DNA of 61,977 nucleotides, filler included, from Dirinaria sp. TL-2023a (taxonomy: Eukaryota): the NCBI GenBank assembly GCA_051941275.1. It is 22 parts of 22 records of this genome, joined end to end, with 100 filler letters (N's around TTAATTAATTAA, not from the genome) between each part and the next. Parts side by side here need not be neighbours in the genome. Positions count along the whole stretch, not along the records: positions 11,401 to 14,147 come from JAVEBF010002205.1; positions 14,248 to 16,993 come from JAVEBF010002206.1; positions 17,094 to 19,830 come from JAVEBF010002207.1; positions 19,931 to 22,667 come from JAVEBF010002208.1; positions 22,768 to 25,500 come from JAVEBF010002209.1; positions 25,601 to 28,331 come from JAVEBF010002210.1; 16 more parts are not named here. The stretch is one strand, 5' to 3'. A model generated the notes under the pieces. The model did no database searches. It had not been told where the DNA came from and worked only from the letters and a program-made list of their open reading frames with translations. How positions within the stretch are numbered: position 1 is the stretch's first letter; each line of letters opens with the position of its first letter. Of this stretch, positions 12,968 through 26,086 are shown in pieces. Made by a program: the position numbers and the translations under genes.

Positions 12968-14147
12968 ATGGCTGCAGCTGGTGCTGACTTTGGAGATCTC
13001 GAAAGAAATCGGCTGCTGCTTGAAGGGAACGTGGCTAGGCTCCGGAAATCACTCCAATATTGGCAAACATGGGAGGCAGAGTACGAAGGTATGAAGGAGG
13101 AAATCCTCGCGCTGGGAGAGGATTGCGCGGAGGAGGGACTGGTGAGTGAACAACATGATTTCATTCTAAGCTGACATTCATATATAGGCTCACGTGGCCA
13201 ACGAGTTCGACGGCGAGCTACTAAACCAAAAAGGTACAGACCAAGGCACTGCGCTTTCTCCATATCTAAGCTGAGAATTGTCAGAGGTCAGAAGCCTATT
13301 CAAGGCTCCCGATGGAAAGCAACGTGAAGGGAAGCAGATCGTAGGATTACTTTCACGACGGATTGATTGTAAGGTCTAAGCATCCCTGCCAGATGTATCA
13401 TGGCTTATGTGAGGGAGATGTCCAGGAAAATGTCAAATCTGTGAGCAAACAAATCCAGAAGGCAGAGCAACAGCTCGCGGCAGCGGAAATCATCGCTCAA
13501 GCAGACTTCGGAGACAAGGAAGGACTACCTCTAACTGAGATAAGGGAGGAGCTGGATGATGAGGGAAACGTAATCTGTATGTCCCAATTGCAGAATCTGT
13601 CCTTTTACTGAAAGATGTCTGTCACAGCTAGCTCCGCTACTAGAGCAGGAGATACAGCTCCTCAAATCCTTGAGACACTGCGCAAGGCCGGCATCAAGGA
13701 CGTGCCGAAAACCTCGGAGGACGCTCCGCTAAAAAGCAATCTGCGAACAAGTCGCGTAGAGGAAATCAACGATGATAAGGATGATTCAGAAGCCTCTGGA
13801 GTATCAGAAGAACCGAAGATCGGTCAGGGTGAGGAAGAAGCAGCAGCAATCGAGCCATCAGGCCAGGCACCCAAGACATCTTCAGAAAGCGACAAGGGAC
13901 GACATTTAGGCCGCAAGAAGAGCGTCAGCTTCGCCGAAGGGACTAAGACGGAAGATTCAACTGTCTCAAGGAAACGACTACCCCATCCTCTGTTTGCCAA
14001 ACCAAAATCAAGAGTCACAGGATCCGCACCAAAAGTGGAGACAATCGCCGAGGTTCAAGCCAAAACCCCGGAAGGCCAGTTGAACTCTCTGCTGCAAGCT
14101 GAGGAGAACATCTTGTCCAGTAGCGACGGTGCAAGCTCGGATACAGA
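12968..14147 (+). CDS. BUD27: Unconventional prefoldin URI/Bud27-like protein, multi-exon, 3' truncated by contig end
   Basis: LEGNVARLRKSLQYWQTWEAEYEGMKEEI, spliced RRIDYVQENV, GLPLTEIREELDDEGNVI and a KKSVSF (RVxF-type PP1-docking) motif. Confidence 0.8.
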
Positions 14148-14247
14148 NNNNNNNNNNNNNNNNNNNNNNNNNNNNNNNNNNNNNNNNNNNNTTAATTAAT
14201 TAANNNNNNNNNNNNNNNNNNNNNNNNNNNNNNNNNNNNNNNNNNNN

Positions 14248-16662
14248 CACCCCCACAGCACACTCTCCCCTCGCAGTTCGATCTCGACCCCTCCGATCCG
14301 TTCCAGTTCAACGCCCAATTCGACGTTCAGAGCCCCATATCCCATCCTCCACCTCGCAACAATGTCTTGGACCCAGGCCTTCAGCAACCACGCTTCCACG
14401 AAATCCAACCAAATCTACCACAACCCGCTCCATCCCGCCGGAACGTGAATACTCGCCCGAACGGCGGGCAGTTCGGGATCTTGACACCCCACAATCCTGT
14501 GCCAAGCAACCCTCAAGTCCATCATGAGGCGTTCGGACGATTGCAGAATGAGATCGATCTACGGCCAAGCTCGGATGGTCCGGGAGGAGCGCTTGGAGGT
14601 CACTTCAGCAATCTAAAGATGATACCGGAGCCTCCTGATCTTGAAGCGTGGAGGGATCGTTTGTTCAACGTTGGGGAACCTATCGAACTCACGGAGGACG
14701 AGTATGTGCGCAAAGTCGGATATTGAAATTGGTTCTGTGTGTGACTGACGAACAGTGGTTAGGTTTCAAACATACTTCCCCCACGTGGACAACATATACT
14801 CGCATCGGTCCACGCAACGATATAAGCGGAAACCGTTCGTCTCACATTATTGGGATTGCCGGCTCAAAGGGCGACCACCAGGGACTCCAAAATCAGATGA
14901 TCCGAACAAGAAAAAGCGCAAGCGTCAGGCACGGGAGCGCGACCTCTGTGACGTGAAGATCAAAATTACGGAATTCTTCCCGGGCGCACGAGCGCTATTG
15001 GCAAATGAGGCCGAGTCTGGTGTGGACAATACCGGGTCCGATAATTTCTTCGCGTCAGGGCAGCCGGGCGTCCCCATGCAGACCCATCCGAATGGGCAGC
15101 CCTTTGGGCCTCTGGGCAATGGTGGAAATTATCGGCCAGACCCACCAGGTAGCGATGGCAGTAGATACTACACAATCCAGAGGGTCAATGGTAACAGCCA
15201 AAATGGTAAAGGAGAGATCACGGCCGGGGGAGGGCATAAACACAGTCTAGAGGATAGCGACCGGGTGAAGAAGAACAGTGTCCAGCGACATTTTCTGAAG
15301 GAAGAGAAAGTGAAGCGAAAAGCGCAGGTAAGTTGGATGTGTTTTTACTTTTTGGGTTTTTATAGCGGCTTTAGGTTTGGCTGGAATTGGCAAGCGAGAC
15401 TTACAAGCAGCAAGACCGCTACGTATGCCTGCAGGGCGCGCGTCATACCTTGCCTTAGCAACAGTGATATGTTGGGTAGTTATCTACATAGATTGCACGT
15501 ACCACAGTTCTCCACGAGTTCATTGATTCGCTCTTTGCATTGGCCCACTTTCCAGCCACACAACAGAGCCGAAGATGTCTAACGAGTCCAAATCCGAACA
15601 GAAAACGTACCACAAGCGAGCAACAGGCACAGCTCTGACCACTGTCAAGAAACACTCGAAAGAACACGATCTGAAGCTCATAGGAAGCTGTTTCTGGTAA
15701 GTGCAAGGGCCTTCGAAGTCCCTGGTCCACAATTAATGCTTGTCTATTAGCCCATTCGTTCAACGAGTATGGATTTCTATGGAAGTCAAGAAGCTTGAAT
15801 ACCAATACATGGAAGTTGATCCATACAAGAAGCCTGACTGGCTGCTTGAAATCAATCCGCGCGGTCTCATCCCGGCTTTACGGCATGGCGACTGGAATTG
15901 TTACGAAAGCACGGTCTTGATGGAATATGTAAGCCTCCATTCCTAGCATCCCGCACGTCGAGTCTCACTAAACCATGCAGCTCGAGGACCTGAACCAGGG
16001 CGTCGCTCTACTGCCAAAAGACGCCAAAGGCCGAGCTCATTCGCGTCTATGGACTGACCATGTGAGTACCCGCCTTCCATCCCTACTCCTGTTTCAATGT
16101 CTTCAAAACCAATAGAGAACCAATCATGGTTAAGACTGCCGAACCAGATAAACCGCCACATCGTCCCCGTCTTCTACCACTACCTTCAAGCCCAAGACGC
16201 ACAAAAGCAGAAAGACAGCGCAAGCGATCTCGGCGACCAAATCGCCAAGCTCGTCCACGCCGCCGACGCGTCCGGCCCGTTCTTCCTCGGGCCGCAGATC
16301 TCCTTTGTCGACATCCAAATGGCGCCCTGGGTCGTTCGGATGCGCAAAGTGCTAACACCGTACCGCGGCTGGCCGGATCCGGTCGAGGGCACTCGCTGGG
16401 CGGCGTGGGTGGAAGCCATCGAGCGGCATGACGCGGTCAAGGCGACGACCAGCACCGATGATTTGTATCTAGATAGCTATGAGAGATATGCTGGTAAGTT
16501 TATTCCCCCCTCCCTTCTCTTTTCTCTTTTTGGACTCCGTGTACACATTTCGCCAAAAAAAAAGAGAGTGATCTCTGGCTGAGGCAGTTCCTTGGTACAG
16601 AGAACCGGCCGGGGACCAGCCAAGTCGCGAATGCGGTCAATTCGGGAAGGGGGCTCCCTTGA
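14248..16662 (+). CDS. Glutathione transferase (CPF active site, omega-like) with N-terminal C..C..HxH zinc-binding, WRKY/GCM1/FAR1-like domain; 5' truncated, about 6 introns
   Basis: N-domain YFPHVDNIYSHRS..HYWDCRL..KKKRKR..CDVKIKI..HKHSL; intron 15328-15601 joins in frame to KTYHKRATG..GSCFCPFVQRVW..NPRGLIP..ESTVLMEY..GPFFLG..SFVD..APW; stop TGA at 16660-16662. Confidence 0.85.
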
Positions 16663-19600
16663 AAATGAGGGCGAGGCAAATCAGAGGCGGAAAGAGGAGG
16701 AGGCGGGGGGCAAATTATAAGTATAGGTATACACACCTCCTTACGATGTACATAAATGATCTTCGTGCAAATATTTTTCGCCCTTTCTATGCACATGAAT
16801 GATTCAAAAAAAAACCAAAAGAGAAAAAAAAAGGCCCCAAATCCCAATCCTCCTCTTCACAAACACATAATAACAGAAGCACACACCAATAATAGGGAAA
16901 ATTTCAAACCCCCCCCCCCAACCAAGACATCCATACAGAGAGTAAGTATCTAAGCTACCTTACTCAACCTGACGTATCTTACCTATTAATCCCNNNNNNN
17001 NNNNNNNNNNNNNNNNNNNNNNNNNNNNNNNNNNNNNTTAATTAATTAANNNNNNNNNNNNNNNNNNNNNNNNNNNNNNNNNNNNNNNNNNNNCCTTGCA
17101 ATCTCAGCCCGATTACGACCGAATATCTTACAACCCATACGGCCACTAGCCGGGTGCCATGCAGCGGATGTGCACTTGTTACCAGGAATATTGGAGGAAT
17201 CTGTCCGGTGAGTTTGCGTACCGTCCATCTGAAGCTTTTGCACGGATATTTGTCACAAATCTCAGCGAAGTTAGAAAGATTGACGATGGTTCCACAGGTT
17301 CGCCACATCACGGCAACGCTGATTGATAACAAACTCGCTGGAACTACCACCACCACGGTCAAGTGCTCGAAGACGCCAAAACTGTGAAGACTAAGAAGGA
17401 TTGAGTGAGCTGTCGACAGATGGATTTTCCTCTGTAGGCAAACTTCCGGCCTTGCCTGTTGATTGCTGGCTTTTGACCACTCCAATTTTTTCTTGGGCGA
17501 TAGCGAGAATAGCTGGTCCCTGTTCGAATTAGCGAAAAGTTTGAACCCATGAGTATTGGACTTTAACTGTGTATGGCTAGATTGATTGCGCTAGGGAATT
17601 AAAGTACCAATTACTGTGCAGTCCCTTAGATGGATAAAGTGAAGCAGCGCGTGATCAGGTTAACCTGATACCACACAGTATACTTTATATTCAATTCAAA
17701 AGGACGGACATTGTTCAAGACTCCTATCAACTCAAGATAGTCAAGCATCTACACCAACATAACACCCCTTCTCCAAGCTCAGGTAGGGATTATTACCAAA
17801 GGTACCTCGTAATATGCTGAGCACATCTCAAATAGCAGCTGGCAGACTTATTCGCCACTTCAAATTTGAACTCGGAGACTGAAAGGAAGCCAGCGTACGT
17901 AAGAGAGCTATTAACTTATAAGCATCATCATACTCAAGTTTTGAATTGAGAATGATGCTCTTCATCTTGTTCATCATGCCGCGAACCCAAACTTGCTACT
18001 CATATTACAAGAAGAAAAACGGGGTCAATATTTCCTGTAGGATACATGTGTATATCACGCACTAAAATCTCAGAAGCCATGGTTGAAAAGGATGCAGATG
18101 ACATATATCATCTTGAGGCCACGGATGCTCGATGAATCTTGGATACAGCGTTTCAATAACCAAACATGCATACTGTAGAAAAGCCCCGTCAGAGATGTCC
18201 CAAAATGCTGTTTCAGCTAAACTCCATCAATGCTATTCCATGTATCCCGGTCTCTTCGGCAAATCACGAACCAATCTCTCCCGAAACGTTGCACGTAGGC
18301 ATGCAGCGTTGAAAAGTGCATATTTCTGACAATGGCGAAGTGATTGAAAGTCAACTACTCTTCCAATAGCAAAGCCTTCTCTCGATCAAAGCCCGCTGCA
18401 TGACAGCTATGAGACTTTACCTAGATATAGCTCTATTCGAGACCCTGGGTTTTCCATAGATACATCAGAGTGGTTAATCCCTTGGTAGCGGAAGCAAGCC
18501 AGGGCGCTTGAGTATTTTCCTCAGTGTGGAGGACCCCATGCCAATGCTTTCGTGCACCGAAAGGCGAATATGATTACCTATTTCGAAAATCCTACGTAAA
18601 GAGTAAAAGTTCCTCTTGAGGCCAGGTTGAATGTCGTCGGACAATGTTCCGCTTTCATTTGATCGCAGCAGTGATGCATAGGTCTGGACGAGTGTGTAGG
18701 TGCAGGAGGAGTCAGCATCGTTGCTTTTCGTGTGGATACTTCATGAGGCGTGCTAAGATTTGGTTAGTGGACTGTATATTTGCTATCTGATGATCCTACC
18801 TAAGGTATAGGAGTACTCAGCAAATAAGATAAGTTGTATCGCAAAATCCTCAAGATTTCGAACAGAACCATAATGTACGGTTTCGATAGATTTGATTCGA
18901 TCATAACTGTGTGATCCGGTGAATGATGGTGTAAGACTGCAATGAGTAGGAGCTTAGCATCCGTCGCCAGGCTTTTGCGGAAGAAAAAAAAAGACGCAAA
19001 ATAAGCAGAACGAAACCCTACCCATCCATCCAATCCAAAACCCAACCTCATAAGCGTAAAAACCTACCGAAGCCGCCAAAATAAGGCATTTCATGACAAT
19101 TACCATAGTATCACGTAGTTTTCAAATAAACCTCTACAGAGTACCCATCTAAACCCCAACAAAAAACCTCCGGATAAAGTGAAGGCCAAGCCCAGCCCGA
19201 AAACCGCTCCAAAAAACACCTTTAAGACACTAATGTGAGGGAGATTGAACCACAGAATTAAACTTCACCACGGCAGCATGATCCCATTCACTCTCTTTGA
19301 AAACAGACTCTTTGAAAACAGAGAGAGGAAATACATAGTCCATAATCGGAGAGGAATCAAAGTACCGCTCTGCCATCCTCCCCCTCCCCCTTCTTAATTC
19401 TCGTCATCTTCGGCGTCTATCTTTGACTCTGAATCAAACACGGCGCCGGCGAAAGCAATACCGAAAAGGAAACTCAAACCATCACCGCGGTCAGCAGTCC
19501 CCGTGATTTTTTTTTTTTTTTTCTTTCGGAGCTGGTCAAGATCGAGCGTGAATACACTGCCTTAACCTACCCCCTCCCTTCCCCAAAAAGAAAGAGAGAG

Positions 19601-20764
19601 CACAGCATCCGCGATAGACCATAACCGACTTCGAATCCGAAGAGAAAAAACTAACAAGTCCTTTGTCTGCCTCCCTCCTTCCCTCCCTCCTGCCGATAGA
19701 TGATAATCGTAGATTTCTTTCTTTGTTTATTGTTCTCCGGAAGTTCTGAAGAAAGAAGAAAGAAAGGAGAAAGAAAAAGAAGAATGTCTTTCATATTCTT
19801 TTCTTTCTTACACAATAGACACAATAGAATNNNNNNNNNNNNNNNNNNNNNNNNNNNNNNNNNNNNNNNNNNNNTTAATTAATTAANNNNNNNNNNNNNN
19901 NNNNNNNNNNNNNNNNNNNNNNNNNNNNNNACAGGGGTTGGGGGGGCATTTAACTGATTTGATGAGCTATCTATCTAATTATTGAATGTCCTTTCGTCTA
20001 TTTTCTTCTTTCTTTCTTTCTTGCTTTCTATACCTATCCATAGCTCAGATTCCGCACATCGTACATCGTACATCTATCTCCTTTGCCTACTCTAAATCGC
20101 CATCGTCGTTACTATAAGGTAATAAATCCCATTTACATTTAACAGGAGGTACGAGCGGGTTAAGATATCCATCGTCTGTATATGTAGAATGTATCCTGGT
20201 CCAACAATGTAAAGCAATTGTTATTTGAGGCGTGGAGGGGAGGGGAGGATATGCGAATAGAATGGAGGAGAGGATGGTACTCTACGCTGGAATGTAGAAT
20301 ACTGTATACGACTCGGCAGGAGTAACCAGTTACTTTATCCTTTTGTGAAATCACTGATATCGATTTTTGGGGGGGGTGAGAAATGAAAAGAAGAGAGGGG
20401 GGAGAGAGGAGGAGGAGGAGATAGAAAAAAAGAAGAGAAGAAGAAGAGAAGAAAGATGAAGAGTTGAGAAAGAGGATGACATACATGTATGTATGGAGAT
20501 GTGCGGGATATCGTAAATTGCCGATTTAATGCTCTGCAGTAAGGTAGGACGCTAGCCCCATTGCTTTGAAACAAGGTTGATATCCTCATGATATATGTAC
20601 TAACTGGAAGGGAATATAAATAGTGATTTCGACCGGGGATCCGCAATTCAACGTAACGCCTAGCTGTATGCATGCAATCGAAAGGTAAGGCATTCGTTGG
20701 AAAACATACATCCATAACACATCATATCAATCTAGGAAATCCCCCCTTCTCTCTATCTCTTTCT

Positions 20765-21671
20765 CTACCCAAGCACTCCCCCAGCAGCGCCTTTAACCCC
20801 GCCGACCGCACCTGTAACCTGGTCCTTCGCGCCCGTCACCTGGTCCTTCGCACCCATCACCTGTTCCTTGGCCTTGTTCAGATCGCCCGTTTTGCCCGCC
20901 ACAGCACCGAAATCGGCCGCCTTCTTCGGATCGCTGAGATCTACTCCCGTGGCCTTCTGCACCTCCTCAATCCCCGGATACTTGTTCTTCTTTTCAGCCT
21001 GTTTCGGCTGTTTCGGGGTCCCATTGACGCCATTCGGCTGCTGCTTTGGTTTCTCTTTCTGCGCCCCATGTGGATCGCCCGGCGCAGCACCTTTACCCTG
21101 CAACGCATCCAACCCCTCCCCCTGCATGCCCTCCGGAAACGGCTTATGGATTCCAGGCACCTCTTTCTTGTTGAACCATTTCACAATGTAGTAGGCGCCG
21201 ACGCCCCAGAGCCAGATGAAGGCGGCGGCGAAGGTGGTGACGAAAAGGGTCGGGAGCAGGATGATGAGGCCGATGCCGACGCAGACGACCGAGAAGAGCA
21301 CCGCGCCTAATACGCCGATTATCACGGCTGCGAGCAGGGCGAAGATGAAGACTGTTATTGTGAGGATTAGGAAGAGGCCGAGGGGCACTGAGGATAGTGC
21401 TACTTGGGAGAGGAGGAAGGACTAGATTTTTTTTTTTTTTTTTTCTTTAGCGTGAGTATTTTGGAGGCGAAATTTATGGTAGGATGAGGGTGAGAGGGGG
21501 GAATCCTACAGCAAGCATCGGCTTCTCGGTCGCGAATTTCGACAGTCGGTTCGAGAGCTCATTGCGTCGCTCCGGCGGTATGAAGCGGTCGAGGATGTTC
21601 TGGCCTTTGTTCAGCAGCCCGCCGATGCTGCCTTGCAGCACGCCCGTGAAGCTGCTGAGAGCTTCCGCCAT
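20765..21671 (-). CDS. Promethin/LDAF1(Ldo)-like lipid-droplet membrane protein, intron 21422-21509
   Basis: LDRFIPPERR..FATEKPMLA/SFLLSQVALSSVPLGLF, followed by a long hydrophobic hairpin region LLPTLFVTTFAAAFIWLWG. Confidence 0.75.
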
Positions 21672-23305
21672 TATCGCTGTGCAGGTCGGAGATTATATTG
21701 CTGAATGGTGGTGGTGTGGTGGAAGTCCGTGTTGTCGCATGGAATGTTTATTCTAGCTGCATGAAGCAGGAGGTGCGCAGAGGAGAAGAGCGTGGCGAGT
21801 CTTTATATCTGCACTTTCAAAAGTTGTCGAAGGGAAGTGATAGAGCTGACTCAGAGAGTGATGAAACCGCTGAGTTTGACACGCCTTTGGAAGAACATGT
21901 CGAAGTGATGTAAAGCGGGGTGTATAATTGGTCCATCTGATCGAATATCCATAACCTGAATTTGCCGTCGCCCGGATGACGTCGCTAGGGTTTCTCCCTC
22001 GGCTAACGGCTTGCATGTGGCCAAGGGGTCAACCCTAAGCTGACAAAATCCCCGTCTAAAGTCGAACAATAACCATTTAGAATACTTTAGAGTTTAGAAT
22101 GCAACACTGGGACCTACGTTTATACCTTATGTCTACTAGCTATGCATTCTTTTAAGCGGCCACGTTAAATCAACACCTTCACTTTCCAGTAGCCTTAGAC
22201 CCTGTTCATGAAATGTCACTGTTTATTCTTCATGCAATTATTAGACGTAGATCGACTTCTTAGAAGCTGATGCAATTTGCTACTTGAGGTGTTTAGCACT
22301 TCAAAAACGCTTGAAGCACACCGCATGGCAAGGAGGTATATCTTCCCTTTTCTTTGGCTATACACGAAGGCAATTCTGGTTATACCTCTGCTAAACCTAG
22401 ATAGTAGAAACCTAATGACTTTTACACGATCTCTCAGCTGCCGAGTCTCTATCCAGAGATTCCAATTAATATACTTCCCTTCAATTCTTGCATTGAATTC
22501 CCCCCTAGAGCAAGATAGCACACTATCCAAATGCTACAGATCCACTGTTTCGCCCCCTATTCCCCGTTTCCCCCCAAGCCAAGCGATACTCATCGCCGCC
22601 GGACTAGCGATCCAGTATCCGATACAGCGGTACCATACAGGAAATATCTTCCATCACTCGCGTCTTCNNNNNNNNNNNNNNNNNNNNNNNNNNNNNNNNN
22701 NNNNNNNNNNNTTAATTAATTAANNNNNNNNNNNNNNNNNNNNNNNNNNNNNNNNNNNNNNNNNNNNCCGTTGCATTGCGTGAGACTTTGTTTCATGTTC
22801 CAGTGTAGCTAGATTACGATTAAATAACGTTCTTAATATGCATTCTTCCTCAGACCCCCTCTTAGGAATGAATCACAAGCGTCATCTTCGCGCTATCCAT
22901 GCTCAGTCCGTCTCAATCAATAAAGCTACACTTCCCCCATGGGTGAAATCAGTTATTTCTTATCGTTCATGAGATAGGGTGTGATGTCAGAGAGATTTCT
23001 TAAGATGAATTTGATTTTCGATCACTTTATCCCGAGGATGAATGAAACGAAAGAATCTGACTCGACTTCTCTCAAAGACTGTTGAAGGCCGTCGTTCCAT
23101 GCAATCAATTCAAACTTACTGCTTGAAGTTATGCGAAGTACCTTAGGATGCGAGAAACAACTTCCCCCCCCCCAATCTTCATGACTTTTCCTGGCGCTAA
23201 TAGCCACCAGGACTATGTTTTTCGATCAATCGCTACCCACGACATGTTTACAGCCCGACAGAACATAAAGTGAAACCTCGAATGCGGTTAGTTCTGTCTT
23301 TAGGA

Positions 23306-23407
23306 CCTACCTTACCTTACCTTAACGTACCTTACCTTCCCTCACTACCTATGGTACCCTAAACCCCCTTTCTACTTTCCTTCGATCTACCTTACCTTAA
23401 GGTAGGT
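23306..23407. repeat. Degenerate (ACCTT/ACCT)n microsatellite ending in palindrome TACCTTAAGGTA
   Basis: acctaccttaccttaccttaacgtaccttacc...ctaccttaccttaaggtagg. Confidence 0.7.
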
Positions 23408-26086
23408 TCACCGCATAATCGATTGAAACCTATTTTACCTTACGACCACCACACCACACTCTCCTCTCTCACAACCCCCCATTTTCGATTCCAAAAGGAG
23501 TAGTGCTTCGTAGATGCGTAACATCCTGCCGACGTACTGAATTAGCGAATACAGATAATTTTGCGGGAAATAAAAAAATATTGATCGGATCTGAAATGCG
23601 ATTGACTTTTTCAATGGGAATAGGGTTTGAAATGGGGTTACCTTGTGCTTAGAGAAAAACCGTACAGTAGCCCCCCCCAAAAAAGACTAAAGAATTAATC
23701 TCGGGCATAGTTACATCGTCATAACAGCAAAAGCAAAATAGGAATGCCTGGGCTCACTGGTACGGTACGGTTCGCTAGCTAATAATATACGCGCCAGCTC
23801 GCCGAGTATGTTTTAATTCAAATGACCGTCGAGGCAGAGAGCTGTGCCCTTTGCTTGCGGGTGGGTATTCACTGCATACATGTAGATTGGATATTTAATG
23901 GGTTCTATGGGAAGTATCTAGACGCACAGTTTGCTTTTTTTTTTTTTGTTTTTTTGTTTTTTTTTTTTTTTTTTGGCTACAAGTCGAGCGCTTTCGAATC
24001 GTAGCGATAGAACATGGACATTCGACGTTCACTCGCTGGTTCCTGATGCAGGCTTTACTATCTGCTTTATTCGAATACTGATACCCTTGTTACAAGTATT
24101 TAGAAACAGCTACATATGATAGATGAATCCCTCGCGTCACGATATCATGAGATAGCTACCTGAGATGCAGCCACATCAGATCTGACACGTTTCACAGACC
24201 ATAAACCCGATACCACAGACCCTTACTCGTCAAGACGATCATATGATGCGAAGATGCACATAGCTTTGCTGTCCTTTATTCTACTTTTGATGAACATAAG
24301 AACACAGGATACTACCATGAAACTATATTTCGGATGTTCATATTCGGATTCATTCTGGAGTATGAGTGTTTGTGCACTCTTCATTTACTCTAGGCATCGC
24401 ATCTTGAATATATGAAGAGCTAAGGGACTTACAATTTGACGATACAAATTTATCCGTGAAAAAACAAATAACAAGCCCCCTGCCAACACAACTTCCTTGA
24501 CCGCAACCCCTCCACAAAATGCCATCACCACCTCTAGATTTCCAACCCTCAGAATCACCCCTCGCCAAAGATCCACCACCGCGGAAAAAAGAACACGAAG
24601 CCATCGCCGTATTCCACAACCAAGAAACCGGCCAGCCGTCTAAAATGACGATTCGAAAAGTCGAAGAACTGAACCGTAAGGTCTTAAACCTATTTTAAGT
24701 ACGAAGATTAGCTGATGACGAGAAAAACGCATACAGAAAATCGGATCATCAAGATAGTACGCTTCGATGCTCACTACATGAATATCCCCATCTATCTCGA
24801 ATCCAACAGCAGCAGCAGCGAGCATGTATGCCGGGTCGCTTACTGTATTCTGATTGGGAGTCTGGGGTGGAAAGCTTCTCTCAAAATCCGCCTTCGGAGG
24901 ATCACTGAGATCTATGTGATGGATTTAGATGACGATATCCGCCCCTACGCAAGAGGAGGATGAGTGGGAAAGGGACTCTGAGATAGGCGTGGAGCAGGAT
25001 GCGGCTCAGACTGAGTGTGAAAAGCTGATTTTCTGGTCGCTGGCTTGGGGTTACTGATGTTTACGAGGTGGAAGATGAATGAAGTCTCTTCGAGGGCCAG
25101 AATTGAAAAGATGAAGGAACCAGTGAGACGCTTCAAGGGGCGGGATACTCCATTTCTGTCAGAGTACATTTCTTCCCATGGGTCCTTCATGATAGTCTGA
25201 TTTGGCTTTCAAGCTTTTAAAGCAGACTGCGCTTGAGCGTTAAGCTGAGCACTCCAAGAAACCTTGAACAATGAGAGCCATGAAGGTTTGAGTGATGTCG
25301 GCACATGCCAGCACCCACTATCCAGCATTTCTGGTGCGAATGAAATGATCGCTGTTATCACGTTGCCACTAAACGCCATTAGAATGAGACAGTTGGGACA
25401 TGTCCATCCCCATTGAAATGTGAACATCGCTGTATCCAGGGACAAATGTCTTAATCTCAATCTCGAAGCCTGTTCGCTGCTTTACACGTGCCCTTCTTAA
25501 NNNNNNNNNNNNNNNNNNNNNNNNNNNNNNNNNNNNNNNNNNNNTTAATTAATTAANNNNNNNNNNNNNNNNNNNNNNNNNNNNNNNNNNNNNNNNNNNN
25601 CCTCCGGGACCACGACCGCCGCCTCTACCATACCCACGTTCCGATGGATTGCGAGACATGATCTGGCCAAGTAATTGAATAATAGTAGAGGAGACAAGAC
25701 AAGACAGGGTGTACGAAGTGGTTTATCAGTGGCGGTATTTCACCCCGCTCCCCACCTTTACCCCTAACCTTTTCTAGCTAAAGATCTCCGCTGCCGAAGA
25801 TTACGCTGAATTCGACAGGGATTTCAAAGGGATTCAACTATGCCCCAAGCTCGTTAAATAGTGAATATCAAAGAACAAGTCAACATCATGGTAATAAACT
25901 AGAACCTGGCACGAGAGAAGAATAAAAATGAGAGGAGAAGGATCAGAATTCACTTTCAGATGAGTAAAATATTCCATGGGCCCAGTGCTAGATTTGGGAG
26001 ATATGAACGTCTTTCCACAGTTGCTAAGGTAGACCCATGGCCTTACTATATATTCATAACGCGCCGCATCTATTGAAAATGAACCG

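Noticed and set aside
9297..14147. Three-gene Pol II-related cluster (PHD/RING + TFB3 + BUD27)
   Set aside because: The PHD/RING gene is across the linker at 11301; only TFB3-BUD27 adjacency is real
17094..19830. Short ORFs in gene-poor contigs (also 1-1100, 22768-25500, 28432-31160)
   Set aside because: No recognisable motifs or consistent splice models; may hold decayed genes I cannot identify
24714..24730. CTGATGAcgaGAAA minimal hammerhead-like core
   Set aside because: No stem III or cleavage triplet and no pairing stem I
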